NCBI GenBank assembly: GCA_000320545.1
Contig: ADNK01002378.1
Location: forward strand, 1 to 64,000
Source of the DNA: Bigelowiella natans CCMP2755
Lineage: Eukaryota > Protista > Cercozoa
Direction: 5' to 3'
DNA length: 64,000 nucleotides
This document shows positions 39,343 to 52,358 of the stretch, one piece after another. The position numbers and the translations under genes are program-made. Every line of letters starts with the position of its first letter. The first letter of the stretch is position 1. The notes under the pieces are model-generated. The model ran no database searches, had not been told where the DNA came from, and saw nothing but the letters and a program-made list of their open reading frames with translations.

Positions 39343-40022
39343 GATACTACATGTACTCGATTTTGATGGTGTTTTTTTGTCGAAGCCAAAGTCAAATATT
39401 CATGGTTATTCAAAGGTATATTACCACCAGTTGAATTTCCCGATCCTTCCATAGAGGGAGTTCTCATAAAATACTGTTCATGGTTTTCCTATCTGTTATA
39501 CCTAGCTTAAATTTATGCCCAAATCATCGAATGCTTTCCGGACACTGTGCTGTGTAGAGTGCTCACAGAAAAAAAACTCTGCCACGAACGAAAAAACCGG
39601 GAAAAATATCGGTGAAATTGCTTCGAACACGTGGAGATTCATCGTTCGCACGAGAGATGACCTTATGTCGCAGATGTAGATTAGGATGGATTCCACCGAG
39701 CCTTTTTCTGCTTCGGAGTCACGCATGCCTTTTCTTTTCAATTCCATTATTCGTTAGAACACACAAAGCAGCGACTTGGAATGCGATGAAATGAAGGGCG
39801 TTTATGGGAAGAGACATCCAAAAAATCACGGATATGACTGAGGCCGAGCGTCAGGAGCACCGCGATCTGGCCAGCAGTGCCGTAGACGGAGACGCGTACA
39901 TCAGAGGGGGAGACGCCTTTGGTCCGAGGTGGAATGCCAACTAGAGATTGTTGTTCCATTCAACGCCCTCTTTGACCAGATTTCGGAACTAGATCCTTGC
40001 GGAGCGTCTCTGTCGGGTTAGC

Positions 40023-41801
40023 ATGCGTGGCATGCATCAGTTGGTACACGTGTGCTTGCTGTTCCTGCTCGGGTCGATATCCTCAATCCAAAGTGCCACT
40101 GCAGCAGCTACCACGGAGAGAAAATCAACGGAAGCAAAACATATAATGCTTGTGTCTCTGCATTTGAGAGGTCATATCACGCCATTGGCGCGGTTGGCTC
40201 GCGAATTAGTGTCGCGTGGTTATCTTGTCACATTTGCTACACCGGATGCAGGCTACGTGCTTGCTGAAACTGTGCTTCATGCATCTGGAGCTCAAATAGA
40301 GCTTTTGGGTACAGATCCTCCGGGTCAAGTTCAGCGATTAAACCATCTTGAAACCGCAGAAGCTTCTCGACAGACTCCTCCCTGGGGGCTGGCCGATTTA
40401 ATCGATGCAGTATATCTTCCCTACTATCTAACAATGTTCGACCCAGTAAGGGAATTGGCAGAGCGGCTACAGCCAGATTTTCTTGTTGTAGATGTGGCCA
40501 CACTGGCTGGTATAGATGTAGCACAGCTGCTAGGTATTCCTTATATTGTAAATAGCCCTACACTTTTATTCCACGGAGACGATGCGCCGTATTACTTACC
40601 TGCTCTTGGTTCTGGATTCTCTTTAGAAATGTCTTCGTGGCAACGTATTTTTAGCTTTTTCCTGCCTAGATATATAGCTTTGTCACTGTCATCGGTGTTC
40701 ACGGATTTAAACCTGATAAGGCACGACCATGGCTTGAAGCCTCATACCACTTTTAATGAAATATTAGGGCAAACCATTCTACTTGTGAATACCGCATTTG
40801 GATTTGAATATCCACGTCCTTTGTCTCCATTTGTAAGGATGACAGGGCCACTCATGCCACCGGAAGAAACTAGTTATGATTATAAAACAGAAGAAAATCC
40901 CATGCCTAGAAAACTTCTCAAATTTTTGGACTCCAGGTCCAATAGCTCCTCATCATCGATCAGGCCCGTTGTCGCTGTAATGCTTGGAGAGCATAGCATG
41001 GCTCCGATAGCACCAGGTTGCATACGAAAACTGTCTGAAGCTCTTGCGGTGCGGTTGCGACCAGAAAACTCGACAGATTATAGAATATTATGGGCTTTGC
41101 GAAGACGACACCATGATCTGTTGCCATTTGAGGAAGCAGAAGATGGAACGCCGACCGCAACGGTATGCGTGCAGCCCGACTTCTCTCAAGTAGAAGTATT
41201 TCAGCACCCTGCTGTCCGCGTGGTTGTATCGCCATGTGGACTTCCAACGGTGCAGGAGGCTTTGTACTTCGGGAAAGCGATTTTGTGCCTACCCGTCATT
41301 GGTGACCAACATGATGTGGCAGCACGTGTTGAGTCCTCGGGAACAGGGATATCAGTGCCAAACTGCAAAGACACCCCACCCTCAGTACTGCGTTCCTGTA
41401 TTGAAGATTTAGTGACAAACAGAGATTATCGACGTAATTCTCTCAAAATTGCGGTGAGCCTGAGGGAACGAGGAGGCACACCGAAGGCTGCCGATATTGT
41501 AGAATCGACTTTGCGGACAGGAATTTTAAACTTAGAGGACGTTCCTGCGCATATGCCATGGCACTTACGGACGTCTCTTGATATTCTTTGTGTCATTGTT
41601 GCATCACAGTGCCTCATATTATTGATAATCAAGTTTTGTTTCAAGAGTCTGTCCTTTACCTTCAAACAATTTGTTCCCGGTTTTAATGGCAAACACCATC
41701 ATGGATACAATGAGACCTCTTCTCACAGCGAATCAAAAATTGGAAATGAAATAGATTTGAATGCAAGAACGAAGCTACAAGTTGATCATGGTAAGATGTA
41801 G
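40023..41801 (+). CDS. UDP-glycosyltransferase (GT1/UGT), intronless, signal peptide plus C-terminal TM
   Basis: 592-aa ORF with GHITPLARLARELVSRGYLVTF (catalytic His), PDFLVVD, LLVNTAFGFEYPRPLSP..MTGPL, the UGT signature FSQVEVFQHPAV..SPCGLPTVQEALYFGKAILCLPVIGDQ, and PWHLRTSLDILCVIV-TM. Confidence 0.93.
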   Translation: MRGMHQLVHVCLLFLLGSISSIQSATAAATTERKSTEAKHIMLVSLHLRGHITPLARLARELVSRGYLVTFATPDAGYVLAETVLHASGAQIELLGTDPPGQVQRLNHLETAEASRQTPPWGLADLIDAVYLPYYLTMFDPVRELAERLQPDFLVVDVATLAGIDVAQLLGIPYIVNSPTLLFHGDDAPYYLPALGSGFSLEMSSWQRIFSFFLPRYIALSLSSVFTDLNLIRHDHGLKPHTTFNEILGQTILLVNTAFGFEYPRPLSPFVRMTGPLMPPEETSYDYKTEENPMPRKLLKFLDSRSNSSSSSIRPVVAVMLGEHSMAPIAPGCIRKLSEALAVRLRPENSTDYRILWALRRRHHDLLPFEEAEDGTPTATVCVQPDFSQVEVFQHPAVRVVVSPCGLPTVQEALYFGKAILCLPVIGDQHDVAARVESSGTGISVPNCKDTPPSVLRSCIEDLVTNRDYRRNSLKIAVSLRERGGTPKAADIVESTLRTGILNLEDVPAHMPWHLRTSLDILCVIVASQCLILLIIKFCFKSLSFTFKQFVPGFNGKHHHGYNETSSHSESKIGNEIDLNARTKLQVDHGKM

Positions 41802-42016
41802 CTTAGAAACACAAGTTAGTTTTCGCGTTGTCTGGGGGAAATCTTACAAATTATGAATCTGTGCCTATAATAGGTGAATATTCATCGGTTCGGGCAAATG
41901 AAGAAGACGGGCTGTGTAAGCGTCGCAGAAGAAACGGAATGAAATGAAACCATTAATGTTTCCGCGATCAAGAAGATGCAATCATATTGTGCTATAGCGT
42001 ACAAGCATTTTTATTA

Positions 42017-42019
<3 letters not shown>

Positions 42020-42059
<40 letters not shown>

Positions 42060-42939
42060 GATATGAGACGAATGTAATGAATTGATTAAATCTTTTCAAT
42101 GGTTATCCTGCTGTAGCTATGCAAAGCAGCGGCTACAGCGCTGATGCTGTGTCGGTTTGTCTCCACTAGATGTATATATATATATATATATATATACATA
42201 TTTATACATATTACATGCGCGACTTGTACAAGCCATGCCGCGATGCCGCGATGCCACATTCCAACAAAGATGACGCTAGCTGAACAACGGCCACACTGCA
42301 ACTACTAATTAGGTGGCACTCTGCATGCTCTAGCTGGCGTGCACCGACTACTAACACCATGCAATTAAATGCTGCACACTCTTTAACTCTCCTAGTCGCA
42401 TAATAGCGTAGTCGCTATGCGTACGCCGTAGCAGGCTCGCCTAGCTACATGTAGCTAGCTATGCATGCTTGCTGACATGCACATCAAGCTAGCTAGTAAG
42501 CGTAGCTGTAATGTATATAAGACGTATGTAACATGCAATGAAATGTTCAAATTTTTTCAATGGTCATCCTAATGTAGCCGTGCAAAGCAGCGGCTACGAT
42601 ACAGCGCTCAAGTTGTGTCCATTTGTTTCCAGTCTAGCAGTGTCACATGTTGCATGCATGAGAATAAAGCTGTATAAATATGTAGCAACTGTTACGCGTC
42701 GTGCGTTCAGTGCTGCGATGCGTTCTGAGGTTTCGTTTAAATAAAAGCCTAGCTAGGCAGAAAGTGCGGGCGCGCATGCTAGCATGCACCAGTCTAGCAG
42801 TGAAAGCTGTCGAAAAAAAAAATGCAAAACAGTGCACTTATTTCAGCTTTCTAGCTTTTATTATTGTTAGCGCCGCTCTCTTGCATCATGCTCGTAGCTC
42901 ATGTTATTCATGTTTGTACATCTTGCGGTAAACTCTAGA

Positions 42940-42985
<46 letters not shown>
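42020..42985. repeat. Palindrome-rich spacer bracketed by (TA)n tracts, with internal ~80-bp direct repeat
   Basis: (TA)n at ~42022-42056, ~42174-42195 and ~42946-42984; 18-bp perfect palindrome at 42441-42458; 14-bp palindrome at 42774-42787; imperfect direct repeat 42093-42169 / 42555-42637. Confidence 0.75.
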
Positions 42986-42990
<5 letters not shown>

Positions 42991-44718
42991 TACACATATC
43001 ATACAAGTATAAAATTAGTCAATTGGCACGTATTTCTGTTGCCCATGATGTACTGTCAAAAAATAATCTAGGATTGAATAGGAAGAGGAAGGATGTTTAT
43101 TCATGGAGTACATTTTCAACATATTCTCAACATATTCTCGAAGACCCTTCATTCACTTGGATATAATTACCACAGTGAAGGTATGACTTCGTATAAATGC
43201 ACCGACTCTCCTCTATCTAGTTGTTGAATCCATGCCATTTTGATCCTGCAACGTGATTAAACTAGTGACCGTTATCCTTAATGTAGTAGCGCCTGTAGAT
43301 TGGGGATTCTTTCTTGTCAGCCTCTGATAATTAGAAACAAAAGCTTAGATCAGGTTTTAAAATTTTTTCCCTCAAATAATAAATCTACCAGAAACTGGGA
43401 TCATAGCTGCTCCAACGAAGACAACTCCCCACCCAATTGCGAAGGGGAAGTTGTATGGCCTCGACCAGATTTTGACAGAGTAGTTGAAAAACGATCTTAG
43501 AGGCATGATTCCTGTCAAAGCATTTCATATTAGATAACGTTTACTATTGTGTTACCCCTGTTATTTCAAAATTTGAATATGTAATGTCATCGACATTAAA
43601 GAACAAACTTCCTCCAGTGACGAAGAAATGAAATCATACCGAAACACAACATCGTATTTGGTTTTGCCGATGTACAAATTTGAAAATGGATTCGTAAAGA
43701 GTATTGATTTCTATAGATTACGGCTGTATTGACCAAACTCCACGTTTGACACGGCAAGGTATAATCTAGTACAGAGGGGGGGCTCACCAGAATTTCAGAT
43801 TTGTGAGAAAGTGAAAAATTCCTCGCAATATTTTAGATGGAATATACTTATCTAATGAGACATGTGAAAAAACATGACGCAATACTAATTTTAGCGATAC
43901 ATTTCGCATACGATCCCATAAGTAATTATCAGATCATTTTGGGTTCTTTTTACAGCTGATTTCCCTACGGAATGAGGTACTAAAGTTCCATTTTGTTGCC
44001 TTAATACCATTTATCAATTGAAAAAGAACGGCTACACAGACTTCTTGCAGATAAATATATCTAAATACCTCATCAAGCTCGCAACGCGATTTCCCAAACC
44101 AGCCGATAAATTAATTTGTATTTGGAATTTGTTGCGACAATTCAGAAGAGATTATTAAAGAAAAATTGTCCTTGTTCTTATCCATACGACATAACTTTAA
44201 AGGATCTGTATGATCTGGAATATGCAGGCCAGAAAAGGCGGAGGCATGGCAGAATGCAAGTCGCTTCAGTAGAATCTTCGAGCTGAGTTTTTGTCCGGAC
44301 AGATTGAAAATAATATATTTACGACATCAAATATTTTGTGTCGTATATTTAAAAAGAGATGACATAAAGTTTCTCCGTCAGCCTAACTTGCCAGAGTCCA
44401 CCCCCACTTCGCTTCTACGAGTAGCTGTAGTAGCTGAGAGGGGGAGACAAGCTTCAGGGAGGCAAATTTTGCAAGGGAAAGAGGAAAAAATTAAAGTACT
44501 GAAGTTCCAGGTACGTGAATTTATCAAGATTTCAAACAAAGCATAGTTTACACGTAGGGAAATTGTGTTTGAAATTGCTCCGCGCAAGTAGTTGATTTGT
44601 GATGGTTTTGCGTATGTCTATGTTAGGTAAAACTGTGTTGATCCCCGTTTTTTGTCCTAAATCTCAAGGATAGACGTTCACAGAACATTTGCGACTTGGT
44701 GAATAGAGAAAGGCAGCA

Positions 44719-46538
44719 ATGGCAAACAAAAAGAGGCAGTGCTCCCAAGAGGAGGCAGCGATAATAGAGAAGAAGCGCCGTCTAGAGACCCGGCTTCGGT
44801 ATCTTCAAGCTCACTTACGCCACATTGAGTACGGTGAAAATAGGGGGATACGCACTCCAGTGGGGGGAGGCGGCATCAGCTCCCGTACCCCCACATCCAC
44901 TACTCGCTCTGGCCGGGTCGCCCAACGACCGCCAAAGTACGATGAAAAACCACAGCCTGTGAAGCTAAGCGGGGCGCTCAGTAAATGCCGAAAGCTTGTG
45001 GATGCACTCCTAAATCAGAAGGGGAGCTGGATCTTCGCTGATCCTGTCGATCCAGTGAAATGGAACATTTCCAACTACTTCAACATCATCAAGAAACCCA
45101 TGGACCTGGGCACTGTGAAGAAGAACCTCTCCTCGGGGATGTATCTAGATGTGGATGCTTTCGGCGCGGACATGAGGCTTATCTGGGCAAACGCGATCAA
45201 GTATAATGGTGTAGGCACCGACATTGCCAAGGTTGCAAATCAAATGTCTGATTTCTTCGAGGATCGATTCAAGAAAATACAAAAGGTGTCCTTCCGAGTG
45301 GGTAGGGACGGAAAGCTCATGAAACATTCGTCCTTCTCAAGAAAAAGCAAGAAGAAAAAGTCGAAGAAAGCGCCAGTAAATCTTTCCGACCAAAATCTCG
45401 AGCTAATCAAGCTGAAAAGAGAGATGGAGTCAATGCGAAAGACGATATCAAACTTTTCCTCCAAGAAGGGTGTCAGTGGTAAGGTTATGACCGAGAGTGA
45501 GAAGCGTACCCTATCTGAGGACATAATGAACTTGCCGCATAGCGAACTCGAATTGATTGTGGATATCGTCTCTCGTTGCATGCCAAACCTAAGGGATGAT
45601 GATAATGATGAAGGGTATGAGATCGACCTCGATGCTCTAGATAATGATACGCTCAGAGAGCTTCAGCAACACGTTAGAAGAAACAAGCGGAGTAGTAAAA
45701 AGAGCACATCAAGAACAAAGACTCCTACCCGTCCATCGCTTGACCCACCAAACATTTCCCGTCACCACTCTGCTCCAGCACGATCGAGCTATAATGATAG
45801 CTCAAGTAGTGAATCATCCTCAGCAAGTGACTCCGAAAGTAGTAGCGACTCAGAGGTAGGTGGAGGTGGCGGCAGGGGGGGTGGGAAAAAGGGTATGAAG
45901 CAACCAAGGAGTAGAGCTTCTGTAAAGAAACAACAGCCGTCGTATGGTGACCCCTCCCTGTTTTCCGCGACCGATATTGCTCCGGAGCCATCGCCCACCG
46001 AGATGAGCCGACAGAACTCGCAAGACTCAGAGGTAGCAGTACATATCACTTGCTTCACTCTTACCCACTCTAGATGTGTGGATGCTTGTTTTGTTTCTTT
46101 CCCGCTCATGTACATTCGCTGTGTCCTTAGGATGTGAAAGTGAATTCTGATGCATGGAACAACCTGGGTGCGGACACCGAACAAGAAAGGAGGACTAGCA
46201 GTAACGGGGATGGCAAGAACAGGCTGTGGGCTGAATTCCAGCGAAAGAAGCAACAGCAGAAGGAGCAGGAGGAAGAGAAGAAAAAACTCGAGCTAGAGGC
46301 TGCGAAGAAGAGGGAAGAAGAGCTCGAGAGGAGAAAAGAGGAAGAAGAAATGGCTCGAAAATTAGCCGAGGAGCGTGCGAAAGAGGAAATCGAAAGGAAA
46401 AAAATGGAGGCTAAAGAAGTAGAAAGGCAGAAGCAGAAAGATTTGGAAGCTCGTAGGGAAGAAGCCCGGAGAAAGAGGGAGCAATCGGCTAGAAGAGGAA
46501 AAGTTGACGATCTTGATAGCGGAGTGGACCTGTTTTGA
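44719..46538 (+). CDS. Bromodomain + extra-terminal (BET/GTE) protein with C-terminal coiled coil; intron 46033-46130
   Basis: Bromodomain WIFADPVDP..YFNIIKKPMDLGTVK..DMRLIWANAIKYN; ET domain MTESEKRTLSEDIMNL..YEIDLDALDNDTLRELQ; Ser-rich tract; LWAEFQ..EEARRKREQ tail. Confidence 0.95.
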
Positions 46539-47115
46539 AAGAAATGTTATTTTCGACCCAGCATTTTCTGTTGAGAACAAAGCCGAATGACATATTTTAT
46601 ACTCGTGTCCATGGTTGAACATTTAGCATACAACTGTGTGACCCTCCAGCGCAATGGTCATAGACATACACTAGCAAATTTGTATTGCTGAAGTAATAAG
46701 CGAAAATCACACCTCGATCACACTCCCACAGCTGCAAGCGTACGATGTGCTTTCAGCAAAATTTTCACCGTCGCCATGTTTCTAGTAGAACATGCGATGC
46801 GTGGCCTGCTATCCTGCACCGGAGATTATATTTAGCGTAACGGCATCGAGAATAAGGCGGTATAATGGTTTGGAATCGCTGCATGATATGCATGCATAGC
46901 TGTGTGCACGTACGTTGCTATTTCAACTTTTTTTCTGTGTCTCATCAACCAGATTGTAGTTGCAGCTAAGCTATACATATAATGTATCGTATGTGCCTGA
47001 CATCTTGCCTGGTATTTGCTTGCAATATAACAATGCAGAGGCATCATTGATGCGGCAGTATATTTAGTCAATGTGAACGTGCGCGCCGCGCTCGCACGCT
47101 GGTTAAGCTACTAGG

Positions 47116-48115
47116 TCATTGTTTCCTAATTATGTCATCGGTTCCTAATTGCGTAAAAGGGCAGGGAGGCTGGATCTCGAAATCTATTGTGTCTTCCATT
47201 TCCTCCCCATTCTCTCGTAAGCTGCCATCCTCATTAGTATGATTTATGTCGCTACCACTACTGCCACTGCCCGTGTAGCAGCAACTGCGCGGCACATGAA
47301 GCTCGACTGCCCACAGATAAAACTCACCACTACGATCATGCTCCTCGTTGTCTGAACTAGAGTCCTTGTTGTGATTTTCCTCCATGTTTCTTCGTCGCCT
47401 TGGTTTTAGCATAATCGGCACGGCACCATAGCGTAGATCCTGCACCAGCGGGTTTCCGATGGACTTCATGTGTCGGCGGATCTGGTGGGTGCGGCCATGC
47501 TTCGGCCAAAGATCCACCAAACTTGCGCCCTCTGGGAGTCGTTCCCCGGCTTCCACACACCATCGCTCTCTCAGATCAGCAGGCGAGAAGTACTCGACGA
47601 CTGCGAAATCGGTTCGCGTTTCCTTTCCTTCCATGGGAGTGTCTATCACACCCTTACTCTCTTTAAGCCTGCCACTCACGAGTGCCCTGTATCGCTTTCG
47701 AATTCGCCGCTGTTGGAATGCGAGCGACAGCTGCTGCAACGGCCTCTGTGTCTTGGCGCATAGCACTAATCCTCCTGGTGGGGTGTATCGTTCCATCATC
47801 ACCGTCATCGTCATCATCATAAGCAGCAGCAGCAGCAGCAGGAAAATTGTCATAAAATTTAACAAAATGATACATTCATGCATGCATGCATGCATGTGTG
47901 TGTGTGTGTGTGTAAATACACAAAAGGATGAATTGAGAAATAATAAAAGGACAGGTTAACAAATATCTCCCTTGCTTCTTTGTCTCGCAATATCATTTAT
48001 TGATACCTGTAGGCTTATCGAGGCGATGGGTACAGCGTGGCTTACGAAGCACGGCTCTCTGTAGAACGGCAAAACCACTACAGTCAACCAACACGTAGCA
48101 CATGTAAGCATATTC

Positions 48116-48158
<43 letters not shown>

Positions 48159-49566
48159 CATGTTTGCGTCTGTGTGATACAATGTATTTGTAGAAAATCC
48201 TGATGAGCATTTCGTACACATACAGTTCTCTCCTCCCCCATCCTCCAGTCCACTTTCTTAATTGTGACAATATAAAGATTATCGTAGTCTTAGGGTCTCT
48301 TTAACCGTGGCCGCAGTTGGCTTGAGTATTCTGCAGATTGCTTTCTGAAGAGTCACCTCAGGTGTTTTCCCGATTGTTTGGATTCCGGGTGGCTTTGATA
48401 CGACCGCAATATCATCATTCTCGTAAATTACCTGAATGATGGTGCAAGTAGTAAACGAAGAACGACGACACGAAAACAGCGGCGGCATTCTTGCCAAAAG
48501 GAAAAAAGATAGATGTTTTCCCAACGGGTTCGTCAGCAGCCTAGTATTCAAAAGCGCTGATTTAAGGATTCTTAGCGCTCACGACCGTGACAAAATATGG
48601 GCATTCTCGATGTTTTCTTGCCACGTTTGATTGCTGCTAATGTCTGAGTTGCGTTGGGTACTGACCAACCTTAACGTCAGGAAGCTCACGGTCAAAGTCA
48701 TGGGCGAGAAAATTTGAGGGCTCGTGGCGCTCCCTCCTGCAGATTTTGTCGCCAGCACGACAAACATAAGTCGTCGGCTTCATTTCTCCATTTACAACGA
48801 CGTGGCCTCTCCGCACAGCCCTCTTCGCCGATGACACTGAGGGGTACCTGATGAGAATGGGACTTCAGCGGGAGGGGTGGATGGGAAAGAAATGCTGACG
48901 CAATATGCCCCTTTCGATACACCCCCTACCCCTATCCCTCTCTTTTGATTTCATCTGACATTTCTGGGGCCAAATCATTGAGCGCTTGGGGTAATTTGCA
49001 TGGATTCATGCCGGAGGTGGGGAATGTCGCTAGCTCGTACAGTGAATGCCGCGGGGAGCCAACCTTGGCGTCGCTACTATATTTACTGTGATTGCTGCTA
49101 CTGCTGCTTTCTAGGCTAATCGAAGAGGCTTGTGTTGAGTTTGGCGAGAGATGAGGCCTCGTTCCTCTTCTTTTCGCTCCACCTCCTCTTCTCCTCGATT
49201 GACTACCGATCATCCTCGCCATTGAGGGATGATGGCTGCTCCCCACCCTCACGGTCGTTTCTGTAGCCCTTCTACCCCTTGATGTCCTAGCAGCCGGCAG
49301 CTGGAAGCGTCGTTTGGATATGCCTTCTGCTGCAGCTACTCCTCCCCTGACAGCATAGATACCATATCTCAGAAAGATGCTTGACCGAATATATCCGAGA
49401 AAGTTGATAACCGTCGGAATCCGCGTTGATTGTTACTACTCCGTAGTGCTCGGAGGGAGAGGTAGCCCCTCATCATCACCAGAATCAGCAGAGAGAGCAA
49501 TACCAGAGCCAGCGAATGCCCGTACGATTTAGACGTCAGAGAGCAAAACTGGAGGCTCGGTAGCAT
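47116..49566 (-). CDS. RluA/C/D-family RNA pseudouridine synthase with S4 domain and bipartite leader (probably plastid-targeted)
   Basis: Hydrophobic leader LALVLLSLLILVMM plus a long R/S-rich region; S4-like SSAKRAVRRGHVVVNGE; VIYENDDIAVVSKPPGI; catalytic HRLDKPTG|GLVLCAK; KRYRALVSG; GRTHQIRRHM..GNPLVQDLRYG; LWAVEL. Confidence 0.92.
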
Positions 49567-50151
49567 TGGGGGGTTGGGCACCTGAGGGGAGGGGGCGAAG
49601 CACTTTGGTGAAAAATGGGGTGGCTTCAAATGATTTGGAAATGGCTCTATGACTTTCTGTCCCTCTCTGTCCAGAACGGGGAGAGGGATGTATTGTAAGC
49701 GATGAGCGCGTTGGAATCCTCGAGAGAGGTGTGTGGCTCAGCCAGCGTGTACTCGTCTTCCGATGCAGCCAGCCCTCTGTCACAAAGGGCGGAACTTCTA
49801 GACACGTAATCATCGGGAAAACTTCTGAGGACGCTACTGGAACGCTTATTCTCACGTAGAAAATGAAAAACGCATTGAATCTTCTCTTTGCGACTTGGCG
49901 TTATTTTGGTTCTGAAAGCCAAAAGGGCTGAGCCCTTGAACCCCTTTGGTTTCGGCTAATTATGATCGAGACAACATCCTAGATCTAGTAAATTTTTGAT
50001 TGCGATAAAAAATGTTCCTTCTCGGCATATCTTTCTCGGCTATTCACATCGCATTCAAAATTTCAAATCGACAAGGAGCACGGCTGCCAGCTCCCTCATA
50101 ACCACCATCTCCCGCCCGTCATCTCGCCGAAGGGGGGGGTTTGGTGCGAAT

Positions 50152-50974
50152 ATGTATCTAGCAGAATGTAATATGAGGAAGAGGAAGGGCTTCGTTGGCA
50201 TGCTGAGCATGTCCTGTGTCCTGATGCTTCTATCCATGCCCGCTGCAGCCCACTCCGGTAACAATTCATACCTCCAGCTCATTTTAAGATTCCAAGTATA
50301 AAATATGATACACTCACTGACTAATAAGGCGAGGGAATGGGACAGAAGATGGCTCCTTCGCTATTGGAGGTGAATAGTAGGCATCATCATCGCCATAAGC
50401 GGGAAGCAAAAGGAAATAATCAGGTCCGTCGCTTCAAGGGGAGTGATAATAGACACAGTCAGGAGTTTGAAGGGGAGCAGGATGATCGTAGAAGCGGGCA
50501 ACCGGCTGAGCGAGATTCCGATAAACAGTACCAGCAGCATCACAGGCAGGGCGCTTCAGTAGTAACACCGGCAGTAAGAACTGATGCAACTAAGAAGGTG
50601 GCTCGTGGTACGGTGGAAGATCTGAAAGCTATGATAGAGGGTGGGAATGGGAACGCCCTCACGTACAATCAGCCCAATAATATCGGCGGAATGGGTTCAG
50701 CCTCTTCCTCTCCGTATTCAGTGGGATTCAACCCTTACCTCTTGAATATGCAGCAGCAGCAGCAACAACAACAACAATCGCCCCTCCCCGCGACACAGCA
50801 GTCTGTGGGGAATGGGAATATGTATCCTGGAGCAGCGTCAATTCAGCCATTTTCATCACCAGGTCTTCCTAAAACATGTATCTATTTTTGCAACAAAGAT
50901 GAACATGGTGATGTGGCGAAAAACGGAAAGAGGACGTTGTTTACAGAAAGATTATGTAGATTTGAAGTACACGG

Positions 50975-51024
<50 letters not shown>

Positions 51025-51204
51025 GACGATCGCATAAGGTGTAGTGTGCTGAAACGATAATCTGGAGAAGATGAAAGTTTTTCAGTTCTTTCTCTTATGT
51101 TTGCTGGAAGAAACTGCAACCTCTGCCAGTCATCCATTGCGTGGAGATGCGAATAGCTCCCACGAATCAAAGAAGAAGATGTTTTTATTGTAAAAGAATA
51201 AGTG

Positions 51205-51250
<46 letters not shown>

Positions 51251-51439
51251 TCATAGCTCTTCCTCCATCATCATATCTTTCGCCATCCTCTTGCACTCCT
51301 GCTATTTGTAGGAATGATGATGCAGGGCTCATCGTACCCAGGATCTCTAGCTACGGCTTCTGCTCCGGCTGCGAACAACTACTGGACACAACAGCAGCAG
51401 TCTCAAGCTAGCCTACCTAACTTCAGAAGTGGTAAAAAT

Positions 51440-51478
<39 letters not shown>

Positions 51479-51908
51479 CCAATATGTCGAAATCTACGAA
51501 TGTTTACATTGATAAAAGAAAATCTCCTGATCTCTCGTCGGTACATAATCAAACTTGCTGTGATGATAGGAAACTTCGCGTCGCGTAATGGCGCTGCCTT
51601 TTCCTCCTCAGGGGGGCAAATGTCGCCTACGCAACAGAACTCTGGCATTGGAAATGTCCGTTGGAACACCCCCGGTACCGGCTTCGGTTCCCCACAGCAG
51701 CAGCAACGACAAGGAGGAGGAGGGCGATACGCACCTGTGCAGCAGCAGCAGCAGCAGCAGCGACCCCAACAACAACGCCAGGGCAGCATGCCCTTCTTCT
51801 CATTCCGATCGTATGTACTCGAATCTCACTGTCTCCCCTCTTTCCCCCACGACTCGTTCCTGCTAATGATCCTGCCCGTTGATGCCGCGAACCCCACTCT
51901 ATCGCTAT

Positions 51909-51948
<40 letters not shown>

Positions 51949-52325
51949 CATATTCATACTTTTTGCAGGTCACGATCGTCGTCCACCAAAGACCTCTCAG
52001 GACACCACGAGGCAGAGGCGCATTTCGATAAAGAGTAATTAGTGCTAGTAGCGTGCGATATTCTACACCCCCCTCCTAAACTTGGGGCTTATGGGGAAAG
52101 GGGGAAGGTCACTTTTATCACAAAGGAATTGGAGAGAGAGGGAGAGAGAGAGAGAGCGAGAGAGAGAGAGAGAAAATAGGAATACGGCGATATCCAAGTA
52201 CTTTTATTGTCTCATCCCCTTTTCCATTTCTTCTAGGAAACAAGGAAATATGAACCTTGTGCTACGCTTTGAGTACCCCAACAAAACAGTCAACTCACGT
52301 GGTCATGGCAATATCTTAATTAGTT

Positions 52326-52358
<33 letters not shown>

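Noticed and set aside
42093-42637. Call as a bona fide Helitron
   Set aside because: No 5' TC terminus or A|T insertion site was identified, hairpin-to-CTAG spacing is longer than typical, and there is no Rep/helicase ORF. Kept only as a hypothesis.
43000-44700. 1.7-kb AT-rich stretch upstream of the BET gene
   Set aside because: No convincing ORF, RNA gene or repeat; probably promoter/5' UTR with an intron.
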